Positions 11,679 to 22,087 of a stretch of DNA of 64,000 nt are shown here, in pieces. Position 1 is the first letter of the stretch; each line of letters starts with the position of its first letter. Origin of the DNA: Yuukianura sp. NJ FZ-2021 (taxonomy: Eukaryota); assembly GCA_046563655.1 (NCBI GenBank), contig CM102283.1:2542001-2606000 (forward strand), written 5' to 3'. The translations under genes were made by a program, and so were the position numbers. Under the pieces are notes generated by a model, which worked only from the letters and a program-made list of their open reading frames with translations, was not told where the DNA came from and ran no database searches.

Positions 11679-13136
11679 ATGTACTTTGTTCAAGCAGTAG
11701 TTTTGTTTCCTTTGTTAACGTCTACCGTTGTTGCCATCTTCGTCAACACTTGGAACATTGACGAAATGTCACTTTGTTTAAAAATTGAACAAGTTCCAGA
11801 ACCTGCTTTTGTTCCAAGAAATGCCAATTCCAAAGAGTACCAGAAGTTAAACTACCAATGGAACACGTTCAACTACATTCAACCATTGGCCTACATCATT
11901 CCAACCAAAACTGCGCATGTGCAGGGCGCCGTTCGCTGTGCGAGCAAACTCGGAATCCGATTGGTTGTCAAAGGTGGCGGGCATTCATGCGAAAAGTATT
12001 CGTTTGGTGACGACTCAACTATGGTAATTGACATGTACAAAATTCATAAAATTCGGATTGACAAAAAGCGCGCCACGGCCGTTGTTGGTGCAGGAGCACT
12101 TAATGGGAGGTTTCAGTATTACGCATGGCGGAAAAAACTGGTTATGCCAACAACAGACTGTTTCTCGGTCGGGATTGGTGGATCGACACTGGGAGGTGGG
12201 ATTGGTCCCTTGTCCAAAAAGTTTGGAGTTATGGCGGACAACATTCTGGAAATGAAAATGGTCAATGCCGCCGGAGAAATTTTGAAAATTAGTGCCCGCC
12301 ATAACCAAGACTTGTTTTGGGCTCTGCGCGGTGGAGGTGGTGGGAACTTTGGAATTGTAACGGAATTCAAATTCCAGTTGTACGATGCCTCAGATCTGAA
12401 AATGACCGTGATTAGTCTCATTTTTGGAACGGAGCAGTTTGCTCAAGTTTTTGAAGCCAATCAAAAGTTTTGTTTAGAAAATGTCGCCAAATCTGTTTCT
12501 GTTTTTGCGGAGTCTACAAATTCTGGATTTATTGTAAGAGTATTTGACATCAATTCGAGTCCAGAAGAGGCAACAACGATAGTTAAAATGTTCCCACCTC
12601 CAAAATCAAAGTCAATTCAAACTTTTCCTCAGTATATTGACATCATCTCGTTGGACTATGGGCATTTAATTCCAAATTTGACACAACTCAAAACTATGGT
12701 ACGGTATCATTGGCCGCTGCATTACAGCAAACTCAAATCCTATTTTGTCAAAAAAGTTGCTTCGCCATTACAAATTGGCAAAATTCACGAAGTTTTACAA
12801 GCAATTCCGGCTGGATCTAGATTTCGGTGGTTTTACTCTGGCGGGAAAGTCAATACAGTTCCAAGAAACGCCACGGCATTTGTACATCGTGATGCTCTGT
12901 ACGTAATTGAGGTCAATGTGAGGTCAAATGACACAAAGACGTTGACATGGGTCAATGACCTTGAAAGGGCATTGACCCCTTTAGACAGCGGAGAAAGTTA
13001 CCAGAATCTTGTAGATGGAACGCTGACCAACCACTTGCAGCGATACTACGGACAAAACTTGCCGCGTCTGCGCAAGGTCAAACACGACGTTGATCCAAAC
13101 AACTTTTTCAACTTTCCGCAATCTATACCAGCGTAA
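11679..13136 (+). CDS. Secreted BBE-like (VAO/AA7 family) FAD-linked oxidase A1, intronless
   Basis: Signal peptide MYFVQAVVLFPLL; KGGGHS (His for covalent FAD); DCFSVGIGG (Cys for second covalent link); DLFWALRGGGGGNFGIVT; ESYQN; KHDVDPNNFFNFPQSIP. Confidence 0.93.
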   Translation: MYFVQAVVLFPLLTSTVVAIFVNTWNIDEMSLCLKIEQVPEPAFVPRNANSKEYQKLNYQWNTFNYIQPLAYIIPTKTAHVQGAVRCASKLGIRLVVKGGGHSCEKYSFGDDSTMVIDMYKIHKIRIDKKRATAVVGAGALNGRFQYYAWRKKLVMPTTDCFSVGIGGSTLGGGIGPLSKKFGVMADNILEMKMVNAAGEILKISARHNQDLFWALRGGGGGNFGIVTEFKFQLYDASDLKMTVISLIFGTEQFAQVFEANQKFCLENVAKSVSVFAESTNSGFIVRVFDINSSPEEATTIVKMFPPPKSKSIQTFPQYIDIISLDYGHLIPNLTQLKTMVRYHWPLHYSKLKSYFVKKVASPLQIGKIHEVLQAIPAGSRFRWFYSGGKVNTVPRNATAFVHRDALYVIEVNVRSNDTKTLTWVNDLERALTPLDSGESYQNLVDGTLTNHLQRYYGQNLPRLRKVKHDVDPNNFFNFPQSIPA

Positions 13137-13464
13137 ATTTTTCAAAAACCTAAGTTGTCTAAAAAAAAAAAACTTCGTGTGTAAAAATTCAAATTCAAAA
13201 ATAATTTAAAAAATACAAAAATTCGTGTAAAATTTCAACTTTCTATAACCCATGTCAAATTAAATTGAAATAAAAAATTTTTATGGCTTCAAAACCGTGT
13301 GAAACCGTTTGACAAATATTAGTTTCCGTGCAAATTCAAATTTTAATTGACAATTATTAAATTTAGTTAATTGAGCCTCTAGAAATCAAATTATGAAAAT
13401 TAACAAAAGGAAATAAAGCTAAAATAATGTTTTAGGAAAAAAAAAATTTTTCTTAGTAGTAAAA

Positions 13465-13994
13465 ATGGAGTGCACATACGCCTTAATTTTCTGTGTTTTA
13501 ATTTCCTGTGCAGCTTCTGCTGCTGTTGTGCCTTTGGATGACCTCTCACGTTGTCTAAAACACGAAAAAGTGCCCAGCTCTGCATTTGTACCGCGGAACG
13601 CCAGTTCCCAACTGTACCAAGAACTCAACTACCAATTGAACACCTTCAATCACATTGAACCTGCAGCGTACATCGTCCCTACGAAAACTACTCATGTGCA
13701 GGGCGCCATTCGCTGTTTACGCAAACTCGGAATCCGATTGGCTGTGAAAAGTGGCGGCCACTCATTTGAAAAATATTCATTCGGTGACAACCAATCCGTA
13801 GTCATTGACTTTTTCAAAATGAACAAAGTCCGAATCAACAAGAAGAAGCTAACGGCTCAAGTTGACGCAGGCGCATTGCAGGCACAGTTGCAGTATAGTT
13901 TATGGCAGGAGAAAGTGATCACACCTACAGCGCAATGTCCCACGGTGGCCGTTGGTGGGGCCACACTTGGAGGTGGGAACGGCTTTTTAGGCAA
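13465..13994 (+). pseudogene. BBE-like oxidase B1, 3'-truncated by duplication breakpoint
   Basis: Matches B paralogues up to GGGNGFLGK, then jumps into a copy of the GR upstream region. Confidence 0.85.
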
Positions 13995-15043
13995 ATCTGT
14001 TTTTTTGAGCTGTCGCATAAAACAAGTCAAATGAGTAAAGAAATTTACAGGAAATTCCGATTTTTCTATTTTCGAAATTCCAGAAATTTTTTTTCTCGAA
14101 AATCTGAAATCAGTAGCCACAGAAATCCTTTTTGGTGTAAAAAAAATTTTTGCCTTGTGGTGTCCAATTTATATCCAAATTGAAGCAAACAAAAATTGGC
14201 ATCTCAATTTGTGTAACTTTTGCAATTCCTTTGTTTTATTTTTTCTTCCCAAAGTATATGCAAATACTGTTTGTCAGTATTTAAAAAAACGATTTGTCCA
14301 AATTGAGTGTCAAAAAATCCAATCTAATTGAATTTGAAACCAAAAATTTGAATTTTTTTTTTGAATACCTTGTTGGTATCACCCGAATTTTATGAACTTG
14401 TTTTTCAACCATTTGGAGAGACGACTGACACAAAAATGAGAAACGCTTGTGTGTTCCTTCGACAATTTTTCTGTTTCATTTTTTTGTATAATAAAATACA
14501 TTATTATGCAATAATACAAAAATCGACAGGCAATACATGCTATGTCAATTTTGAAAGCAGTAAACACAACACAAACGACGCTAAGCCATGATTGAACTCA
14601 CATAAAAAAATCAAATTGCAGTAAAAATTCTGTTAGGTAAAATCCTAGGTAAATTGAAAATCAAAAGGAAAAAGAAAATTGAAAGGCGAAAAAATGAAAC
14701 ATTTTCATTTCAATTTGGTATGAAACGGTGAATGGGCTTTGACAGCTATAAAAATTTGTTGTAGTGGCCATAATTGGCTTGCGGGAAGTCGTGTTTTTCG
14801 AAAAGAAAAAAACGAACAACGAAACTTTTTCTCAGTTTGATCTTCAGTTCAAAGTGACGTTTTTTTTTTGAACAGTTTGACCTCGATTTACATTTTGATT
14901 TTGATCCGTGTCAAAAACAATGCACAATAGAATGAGGTCAAAATAGGATTGAAAAAAAAAAGTCGTTTCTTCAGTACTTCGAAAAAACCCAGCTTCAGAA
15001 AAGCAAATTGTTTCTAGATTTTAAAAAAAAATCACACAGAAAA

Positions 15044-16501
15044 ATGTACTATGTTCAAACAGTAGTTTTGCTTCTTGTGTTAACGTCAACTGTTTTTTCC
15101 ATTTTGATCAAAACTTGGGACATTGAAGAAATGTCACTTTGTTTAAAAATTGAACAAGTTCCAGACGCTGCTCTTGTTCCAAGAAATGCCAATTCCAAAG
15201 AGTACCAAAAGTTAAACTACCAATGGAACACGTTCAACTACATTCAACCATTGGCCTACATCGTTCCAACTAAAACTGCGCATGTGCAGGGCGCCGTTCG
15301 CTGTGGGAGCAAACTCGGAATCCGATTGGTTGTCAAAAGTGGCGGGCATTCATCCGAAAAGTATTCGTTTGGTGACGAGTCATCTGTGGTAATTGACATG
15401 TACAAAATTCATAAAATTCAAATTGACAAAAGGCGCGCTTCGGCCGTTGTTGGTGCAGGAGCACTTACTGGGAGGTTTCAGTACTACGCATGGCGGAAAA
15501 AACTTATTACGCCAACAACACACTGTTTCTCGGTCGGGATTGGTGGATCGGCACTGGGAGGTGGGATTGGTCAATTGTCCAAAAAGTTTGGACTTATGTC
15601 GGACAACATTTTGGAAATGAAAATGGTCAACGCGGCAGGAGAAATTTTGAAAATTGATGCCCACCATAACCAAGATTTGTTTTGGGCTCTGCGTGGTGGA
15701 GGTGGCGGGAACTTTGGAATTGTGACGGAATTCAAATTCCAGTTGTACGATGCCTCAAATCTGAAAATTACCGTGATTAGTCTCATATATGGAATGGAGC
15801 AGTTTGCTCAAGTTTTTGAAGCCAGTCAAAAGTTTTGTTTAGAAAATGTCGCCAAATCTGTTTCTGTTTTTGCGAGTTTTTCAAATTCTGGATCCATTGT
15901 AAGAGTATTTGACATCAATTTGACTCCAGAAGACGCAACAACGATAGTTCAAAAGTTCCCACTTCCAAAATCAAAATCAATTCAAACTTTTTCTGACTAT
16001 ATTGATATCATTTTATTAGAGTTTGGGCAGCTAATTCAAAATTTGACACAACTCAAAACTATGACACGGTCTCATTGGCCGCCGCATTACAACAAGCTCA
16101 AATCCTATTTTGTCAAAAAAGTTGCTTCGCCATTACAAATTCTAAAAATTCATGAAGTTTTAAAAGCTACTCCGGCCGGATCTAGATTTAACTGGTTTTC
16201 GTCTGGCGGGAATGTCAATACAGTTCCAAGAAACGCCACGGCATTTGTACATCGTGATGCTCTGTACGTAATTGAGGTCAATGTGGGGTCAAATGAAACA
16301 AAAACGTTGACATGGGTCAATGACCTTGAAAAGGCATTAACCCCTTTAGACAGCGGTGAAAGTTATCAGAATCTTCTAGATGGGACGTTGACTAACTACT
16401 TACGGCGATACTACGGAAAAAACTTGCCGCGTCTACGCAAGGTCAAACGAGACGTTGATCCGAACAACTTTTTCAACTTCCCTCAATCTATACCACCATA
16501 A
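15044..16501 (+). CDS. Secreted BBE-like FAD-linked oxidase A2, intronless
   Basis: Close paralogue of A1; KSGGHS, HCFSVGIGG, ESYQN, DPNNFFNFPQSIPP. Confidence 0.93.
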   Translation: MYYVQTVVLLLVLTSTVFSILIKTWDIEEMSLCLKIEQVPDAALVPRNANSKEYQKLNYQWNTFNYIQPLAYIVPTKTAHVQGAVRCGSKLGIRLVVKSGGHSSEKYSFGDESSVVIDMYKIHKIQIDKRRASAVVGAGALTGRFQYYAWRKKLITPTTHCFSVGIGGSALGGGIGQLSKKFGLMSDNILEMKMVNAAGEILKIDAHHNQDLFWALRGGGGGNFGIVTEFKFQLYDASNLKITVISLIYGMEQFAQVFEASQKFCLENVAKSVSVFASFSNSGSIVRVFDINLTPEDATTIVQKFPLPKSKSIQTFSDYIDIILLEFGQLIQNLTQLKTMTRSHWPPHYNKLKSYFVKKVASPLQILKIHEVLKATPAGSRFNWFSSGGNVNTVPRNATAFVHRDALYVIEVNVGSNETKTLTWVNDLEKALTPLDSGESYQNLLDGTLTNYLRRYYGKNLPRLRKVKRDVDPNNFFNFPQSIPP

Positions 16502-16960
16502 AAAAAATTACAAGAACTGCGTTGTGTTTTTCATAATACAAAATTGTAATAGGTTTTTGGGTAACAATCGAATGTTAACTGCAAAAAAAAATACAAAACT
16601 TCTTTTCAACTTTTTAAAAACCTAGTTTCTAAAATGTCAAAACTGTTTAAAAATTCAAATTAAAGAATGATTTTCAAAAATGCAAATACGATTGTAAAAT
16701 TTTAACTCCATGCAATCCGTACCAAACTTACTAAATGGAAATATATTTTTTGGAGGTTTGAAACAGCTCGAAAATCGTTTGCTAAACTTTAGTTGCCGCG
16801 CAATTTGAAATTTTAACTAACAATAGTTAGTTAAATTAAGTTAATTGAGCCTGTAAAAGTCAAATTATGATAAATTAACAAAAGGAAATAAATCTAAGGT
16901 AATGCTTTAGGATTTTTTTTTGCTTATTATTTGTTTAGGAATTATTTTTTAGTTGTGAAA

Positions 16961-18020
16961 ATGGAGTGCACGTACGCTTTAATTTTTTGTGTTTTAATTT
17001 CCTGTGCAGCTTCTGCTGCTGTTGTGCCTTTGGATGACCTCTCACGTTGTCTAAAACATGAAAAAGTGCCCAGCTCTGCATTTGTGCCGCGTAACGCCAG
17101 TGCCCAAATCTACCAAGACCTCAACTACCAATTGAACACTTTCAACCACATTGAGCCTGCAGCGTACATCGTTCCTACCAAAACTAGACATGTGCAGGGC
17201 GCCATTCGCTGTTTACGCAAACTCGGAATCCGATTGGCTGTGAAAAGTGGCGGCCACTCATTTGAAAAATATTCATTCGGTGACAACCAATCCGTAGTCA
17301 TTGACTTTTTCAAAATGAACAAAGTCCGAATCAACAAGAAGAAGCTAACGGCTCAAGTTGACGCAGGCGCATTGCTGGCACAGTTGCAGTATAGCTTATT
17401 GCAGGAAAAAGTGATCACACCTACAGCCCAATGTCCCACGGTGGCCGTTGGTGGGGCCACACTTGGAGGTGGGAACGGCTTTTTAGGCAAGAAGTTTAAC
17501 TAATGTACGTGACAACGTCCTGGAAATGAAACTTGGTCAACGCTGCAGGCCAAGGTTTTGAAAACGCGACGTTCCCGCCAAAACAAAAATTTATTTTGGG
17601 CTTTACGTGGTGGAGCTGGCAACTTTGGAATCGTAACGAAATTCAAATTACAAGGACTCTACGACGCCTCAAATTTGACCTAATACAAGAATCGAGGTTA
17701 GTGTACGACATCAACAATTTTTGAATGTTTTTGAACCGCAAGCAATTCTTTTTAGAAAGCTATCTATGACAAATCGGTTCACGTTTACGCGGGAATTTCA
17801 ACCTCATGGTTTCTTGTGAAAATTCGATGTCAACTTGTGAGTTTAAAAATGCTGCTAAGATGATTCAACAATGATTCCCGCCGTCAAAAATGCAAAAATG
17901 ATTGTAAACATTTGCTGACTACGTCCCTTCAATGTTTACTGCTTGGGTCACCATATATTCCTTTGAAGGTTTGAAGCAAGCTTGAAAAGTGACACGATTT
18001 CGTCAAATTTTATCCAAGCG
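16961..18020 (+). pseudogene. BBE-like oxidase B2: clean 5' third, then dense indels (pseudogene or consensus error)
   Basis: Intact to ~17495; afterwards it follows B3 (18780-19290) but with many 1-3 nt indels and stops. Confidence 0.65.
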
Positions 18021-18429
18021 CACCAATTCAAATATTTAATTGACAATTGTTAAATTAAGTTAATTGAGCTTGTAAAAATCAAATTATGCTAAATTAACAA
18101 AACGAAATAAACCTAAAGTAGTAATGCTGCAGGAAAAGATTTTTTTTTGGTTAGTTAGTTAATGGTTAGGTCAATTCAATTCCGAAGAATGCACCTACGC
18201 CTTAATTTGTACTATGTTTTGGTAATTAGCAGGTCCAGATGATGCCAGCTTGCGTGGGTCAATGACCTTCATGGCATTGACCTTGATCAGATGGCGGTGA
18301 GAGTTACCAGAATCATCATGATGCAACAATGACCAAGCTACTTGGACAGATTCTACGGAACGAACTTACAACGCGCAGTGCCCAAGTCTGTACCACAGAC
18401 CTCAACTTTCCACAATCCATACCACCATA

Positions 18430-19697
18430 ACTACATTGAGCCTGCAGCGTATATCGTTCCTACAAAAACTACGCATGTGCAGGGCGCCATTCGCTGTTTA
18501 CGCAAACTCGGAGTCCCATTGGCTGTGAAAAGTGGAGGTCACTCTTTTGAAAAATATTCATTTGGCGACAATCAAACGGTGGTCATCGACTTTTTCAAAA
18601 TGAACAAAGTTCGAATCAACAAGAAGAAGCTAACGGCACAAGTTGACGCAGGCGCATTGCTGGCACAGTTGCAGTATAGCTTATGGCAGGAAAGTGTGAT
18701 CACACCTACAGCCCAATGTCCCACGGTGGCCGTTGGTGGAGCAATACTTGGAGGTGGAAACGGCTTTTTAGGCAAGAAGTTTGGACTTATGTGTGACAAC
18801 GTCCTGGAAATGAAAATGGTCAACGCTGCAGGCGAAATTTTGAAAATCAACTCCCGCCAAAACCAAAATTTATTTTGGGCTTTACGTGGTGGAGCAGGCG
18901 GGAACTTTGGAATCGTAACGAAATTCAAATTACAGCTGTACGACGCCTCAAATTTGACCTACACAAGAATCGAGCTTATGTACGACATCAATCAATTTTT
19001 AGAAGTTTTTGAAGCAAGTCAAGCATTCTTTTTAGAAAACATTGACAAATCGGTTCACGTTTACGCGGGAATTTCAAGTCATGGTTTGATTGTGAAAATT
19101 TTCGATGTCAATTTGAGTCCAGAAGATGCTGCTAAGATGATTCAAAAATTCCCGCCGTCAAAATCAAAATCAATCGAAACATTTGCTGACTACGTCAATG
19201 TTTTTCTGCTTGAGTCACCATATGACATCCGAACGTTGAAGCAACTGAAAGAAGTGACACGATTTACGGCTTATCCAAGCTACACCAAGCCCAGAACTTA
19301 TTTTGTCAAAAAAGTTGCTTCGACATCCCAAATTGCCGAAATTCAAAAAGTTTTGAAGAATAACTTTCCCGCGAAAAGTAAATTTGTTTGGACTTCGGAA
19401 GGCGGAAAGGTCAATTCAATTCCGAAGAATGCTACGGCATATGTACATCGTGATTCCCTGTACTATGTTTTGGTAATTAGCAGGTCAGATGATGCCAATA
19501 CGCATGCGTGGGTCAATGACCTTCATAAGGCATTGACCTTGATAGATGGCGGTGAGAGTTACCAGAATCATCATGATGCAACGATGACCAACTACTTGGA
19601 CAGATTCTACGGAACGAACTTACAGCGTCTGCGCAGTGTCAAAAGAGAAGTCGATCCGGACAATTTTTTCAACTTTCCACAATCCATACCACCATAA
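18430..19697 (+). CDS. BBE-like oxidase B3; N-terminal region replaced by scrambled sequence in this assembly
   Basis: Open frame from YIEPAAYIVP through KSGGHS, QCPTVAVGG, ESYQN, DPDNFFNFPQSIPP. Confidence 0.8.
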
Positions 19698-20015
19698 AAA
19701 AATTACAAGAACTTCATTTTCTTCATAATTCAAAATTTTCGAAGCTTTTTAGTTAACAATCTAGTGCTAATAAAAAAAAAAAAAGTTCAACTTTCTTTTT
19801 GTGCTGGAGGAATTCAGATTCAAATTTTAATTATACGTAACCTACAAAGTTGACCTGAAAAATACAATGGGAACTAAATGTCAAACGAGGTTAAATCTGG
19901 CAACTTTTTCATTTTTTTCATTTTTTTTTTTTGGATTGTTTCATCCGTGTAGAAGGAAATAGCATATCTTACTCTTTTCTTTTTCAAAAACGTGATAAAA
20001 AGTACTTTTTTTTAA

Positions 20016-21482
20016 ATGAACGTTCAAACAACGTTACTATTTTTCACCTCAATTGCTCTTGCCATGGGTGGTTCACCTCCTACGTTGAGTATTGTTGAAT
20101 TGTCACTTTGTTTAAAAATTGAGCAAGTTCCGGAAGCTGCTTTTGTTCCAAGAAGTGCCAATTCTAAAGAGTATGAAGATTTAAACTACCAATGGAACAC
20201 TTTCAACTACATCCAACCAATGGCCTACATTGTTCCTCAAAAGACTGCGCATGTCCAAGCAGCCATTCGCTGTACACGCAAACTCGGAATCCGATTGGTC
20301 GCCAAGAGCGGTGGCCACTCAAACGAAAAATATTCTTTTGGCGACAGCCAATCAGTTATCCTCGATCTGTCCAGAATGTCTTCCGTGAAGATCAATAGAA
20401 AATGGGCAATGGCTACAGTTCGTCCGGGAGCTCTGGTGGCCCATTTGCAGTACCACGCATGGCAAAACGGAAATTTTGTCACGACGACACCAATTTGTGT
20501 GTCCGTTGGTATAGGTGGTGCTGCGCAAGGGGGAGGATTTGGCTACTTGTCTAAAAAATTTGGACTTTTGAGTGACAACGTTTTGGGAGCAGAAATGGTT
20601 ACAGCGAAAGGAGAACTCTTGAAAATCAGTTCCCAGAAAAACCCGGATTTGTTGTGGGCAATACGTGGAGGTGGCGGCGGGAATTTTGGCGTCGTGACGA
20701 AATTCAAAATTCGACTTTATGACGCATCACACATGAATTTCAATTACATCAATTTGACTTACTCCCTGGGTCAAGCTGGCCAAGTTTTCGATTCGCTTCA
20801 AAAACTTTGTTCAGAATATTTGAACGACTCTGTATATTTCATAGCACGGTTGCGCAGAAGCAGATTTACGGTGATCGTTTTCGGCGTCAACTTGACCCGT
20901 GCAAAGTCAAAGGTCATTTTGAAAAAGTTGCCAAAGCCGGTCACGAAAACCATAAAATCTTTCAAAAACTTTTTGAACGTTGCTACTGAAGACCCCGTTT
21001 CAGTACCGGGCGTTCGAGTCTCTACCCTGGAAAATCTTGGAATCAGTGACACACCACAGGTTTTCTCAAAAGTCAAAACTTATTACGTCAGAAACGTGAT
21101 TTCGAGAGCCGAAATGATTAAACTTGGAAAGTTTTTGAACCGGATTTCAGAGAATATTATTTTTGAACTTTTTGCCAACGGTGGAAAAATCAACCAAGTT
21201 CCAAAGAATGCGACGGCGTTTGTTCACCGTGACTTTATTTACATGATCGAAGTAAAAATTTTTGCAAACGAACCGGCAGATGTCGCGTGGCTTAAAGAAC
21301 TCGACGAGGTCATTCAGCCGCTAGATGTCGCTGGTGAGAGTAACCAAAACCTGGTCGATGGAACGTTGGCAAATTACGCCGAACGGTACTACGGTTCGAA
21401 TCTCGCACAGCTGAAAAAAATAAAGAAAAATTTTGATCCGGAAAATTATTTTAACTTTCCACAATCTATTCCTGTTGACTAA
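20016..21482 (+). CDS. Secreted BBE-like FAD-linked oxidase C, intronless, 488 aa
   Basis: Signal peptide, KSGGHS, ICVSVGIGG, DLLWAIRGGGGGNFGVVT, DPENYFNFPQSIP. Confidence 0.93.
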   Translation: MNVQTTLLFFTSIALAMGGSPPTLSIVELSLCLKIEQVPEAAFVPRSANSKEYEDLNYQWNTFNYIQPMAYIVPQKTAHVQAAIRCTRKLGIRLVAKSGGHSNEKYSFGDSQSVILDLSRMSSVKINRKWAMATVRPGALVAHLQYHAWQNGNFVTTTPICVSVGIGGAAQGGGFGYLSKKFGLLSDNVLGAEMVTAKGELLKISSQKNPDLLWAIRGGGGGNFGVVTKFKIRLYDASHMNFNYINLTYSLGQAGQVFDSLQKLCSEYLNDSVYFIARLRRSRFTVIVFGVNLTRAKSKVILKKLPKPVTKTIKSFKNFLNVATEDPVSVPGVRVSTLENLGISDTPQVFSKVKTYYVRNVISRAEMIKLGKFLNRISENIIFELFANGGKINQVPKNATAFVHRDFIYMIEVKIFANEPADVAWLKELDEVIQPLDVAGESNQNLVDGTLANYAERYYGSNLAQLKKIKKNFDPENYFNFPQSIPVD

Positions 21483-22087
21483 CACCAACCAAGTCAAAAC
21501 AAAAACCAATGTGTCAATTAAAATAACTTGTTGTTAGCACGAGCTCACGGTATAGTATATATACAGTGAGAGGCACGAAAACCTGCACACCCCAGAATTG
21601 TTTCCCTGGTAACAACTAAAATTGTGAAGGCGAAAACGTAACTTTTTGTTCAAAACGCTAATTGTGACTCGCAATTGAAAACGTTTTCAGGCGTAAAATT
21701 TTCCAGTTTTCCTCCATTCATTTTAGTTTTGGGTCAGATGGAAACAGAAGTTGTGCTTTGTGCTGGATAAATGTTCCTGAAACTCAAATGACTAATAATG
21801 TACTATATAAAACTGGTGGAGTCCTGTATACTAAATTTAAGCATAATATAGTTCGTATTTATCACATAGACATACTACAAATATACAGAGTGTAGTTGTT
21901 ATATATACTAGTATATAATTGCACAGTATATGTAGTTTATGCATTTGTTACATTTACTATGTATATTACATTTTGAAAAATATTTATTATTATGTTCAAT
22001 TTCAATTTATTCTATAAAGTATTTAATTTATTTTTATTTTTTGAAAAGCGCTGCAAACGATAAGTTAGTCACCTTGACCTTTGACCT

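Larger units (their letters stand above)
10679..13994. repeat. Segmental tandem duplication unit 1 (~3.3 kb); unit 2 at 14007-17490
   Basis: gagctgtcacaaaaacaaatc at 10679 matches gagctgtcgcataaaacaagtc at 14007; colinear through intergenic DNA, oxidase A and the 5' part of oxidase B. Confidence 0.9.

Noticed and set aside
18342-18430. Circularly permuted oxidase (C-terminal DRFYGTNLQR at the N-terminus)
   Set aside because: Lies in the scrambled, probably mis-assembled zone
12015-21509. Antisense and alternate-frame ORFs over the oxidase genes
   Set aside because: Shadow ORFs of real coding sequence, repeated only because the paralogues are similar
21562-21592. Tc1-like end tacagtgagaggcac
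   Set aside because: No matching inverted terminus found nearby
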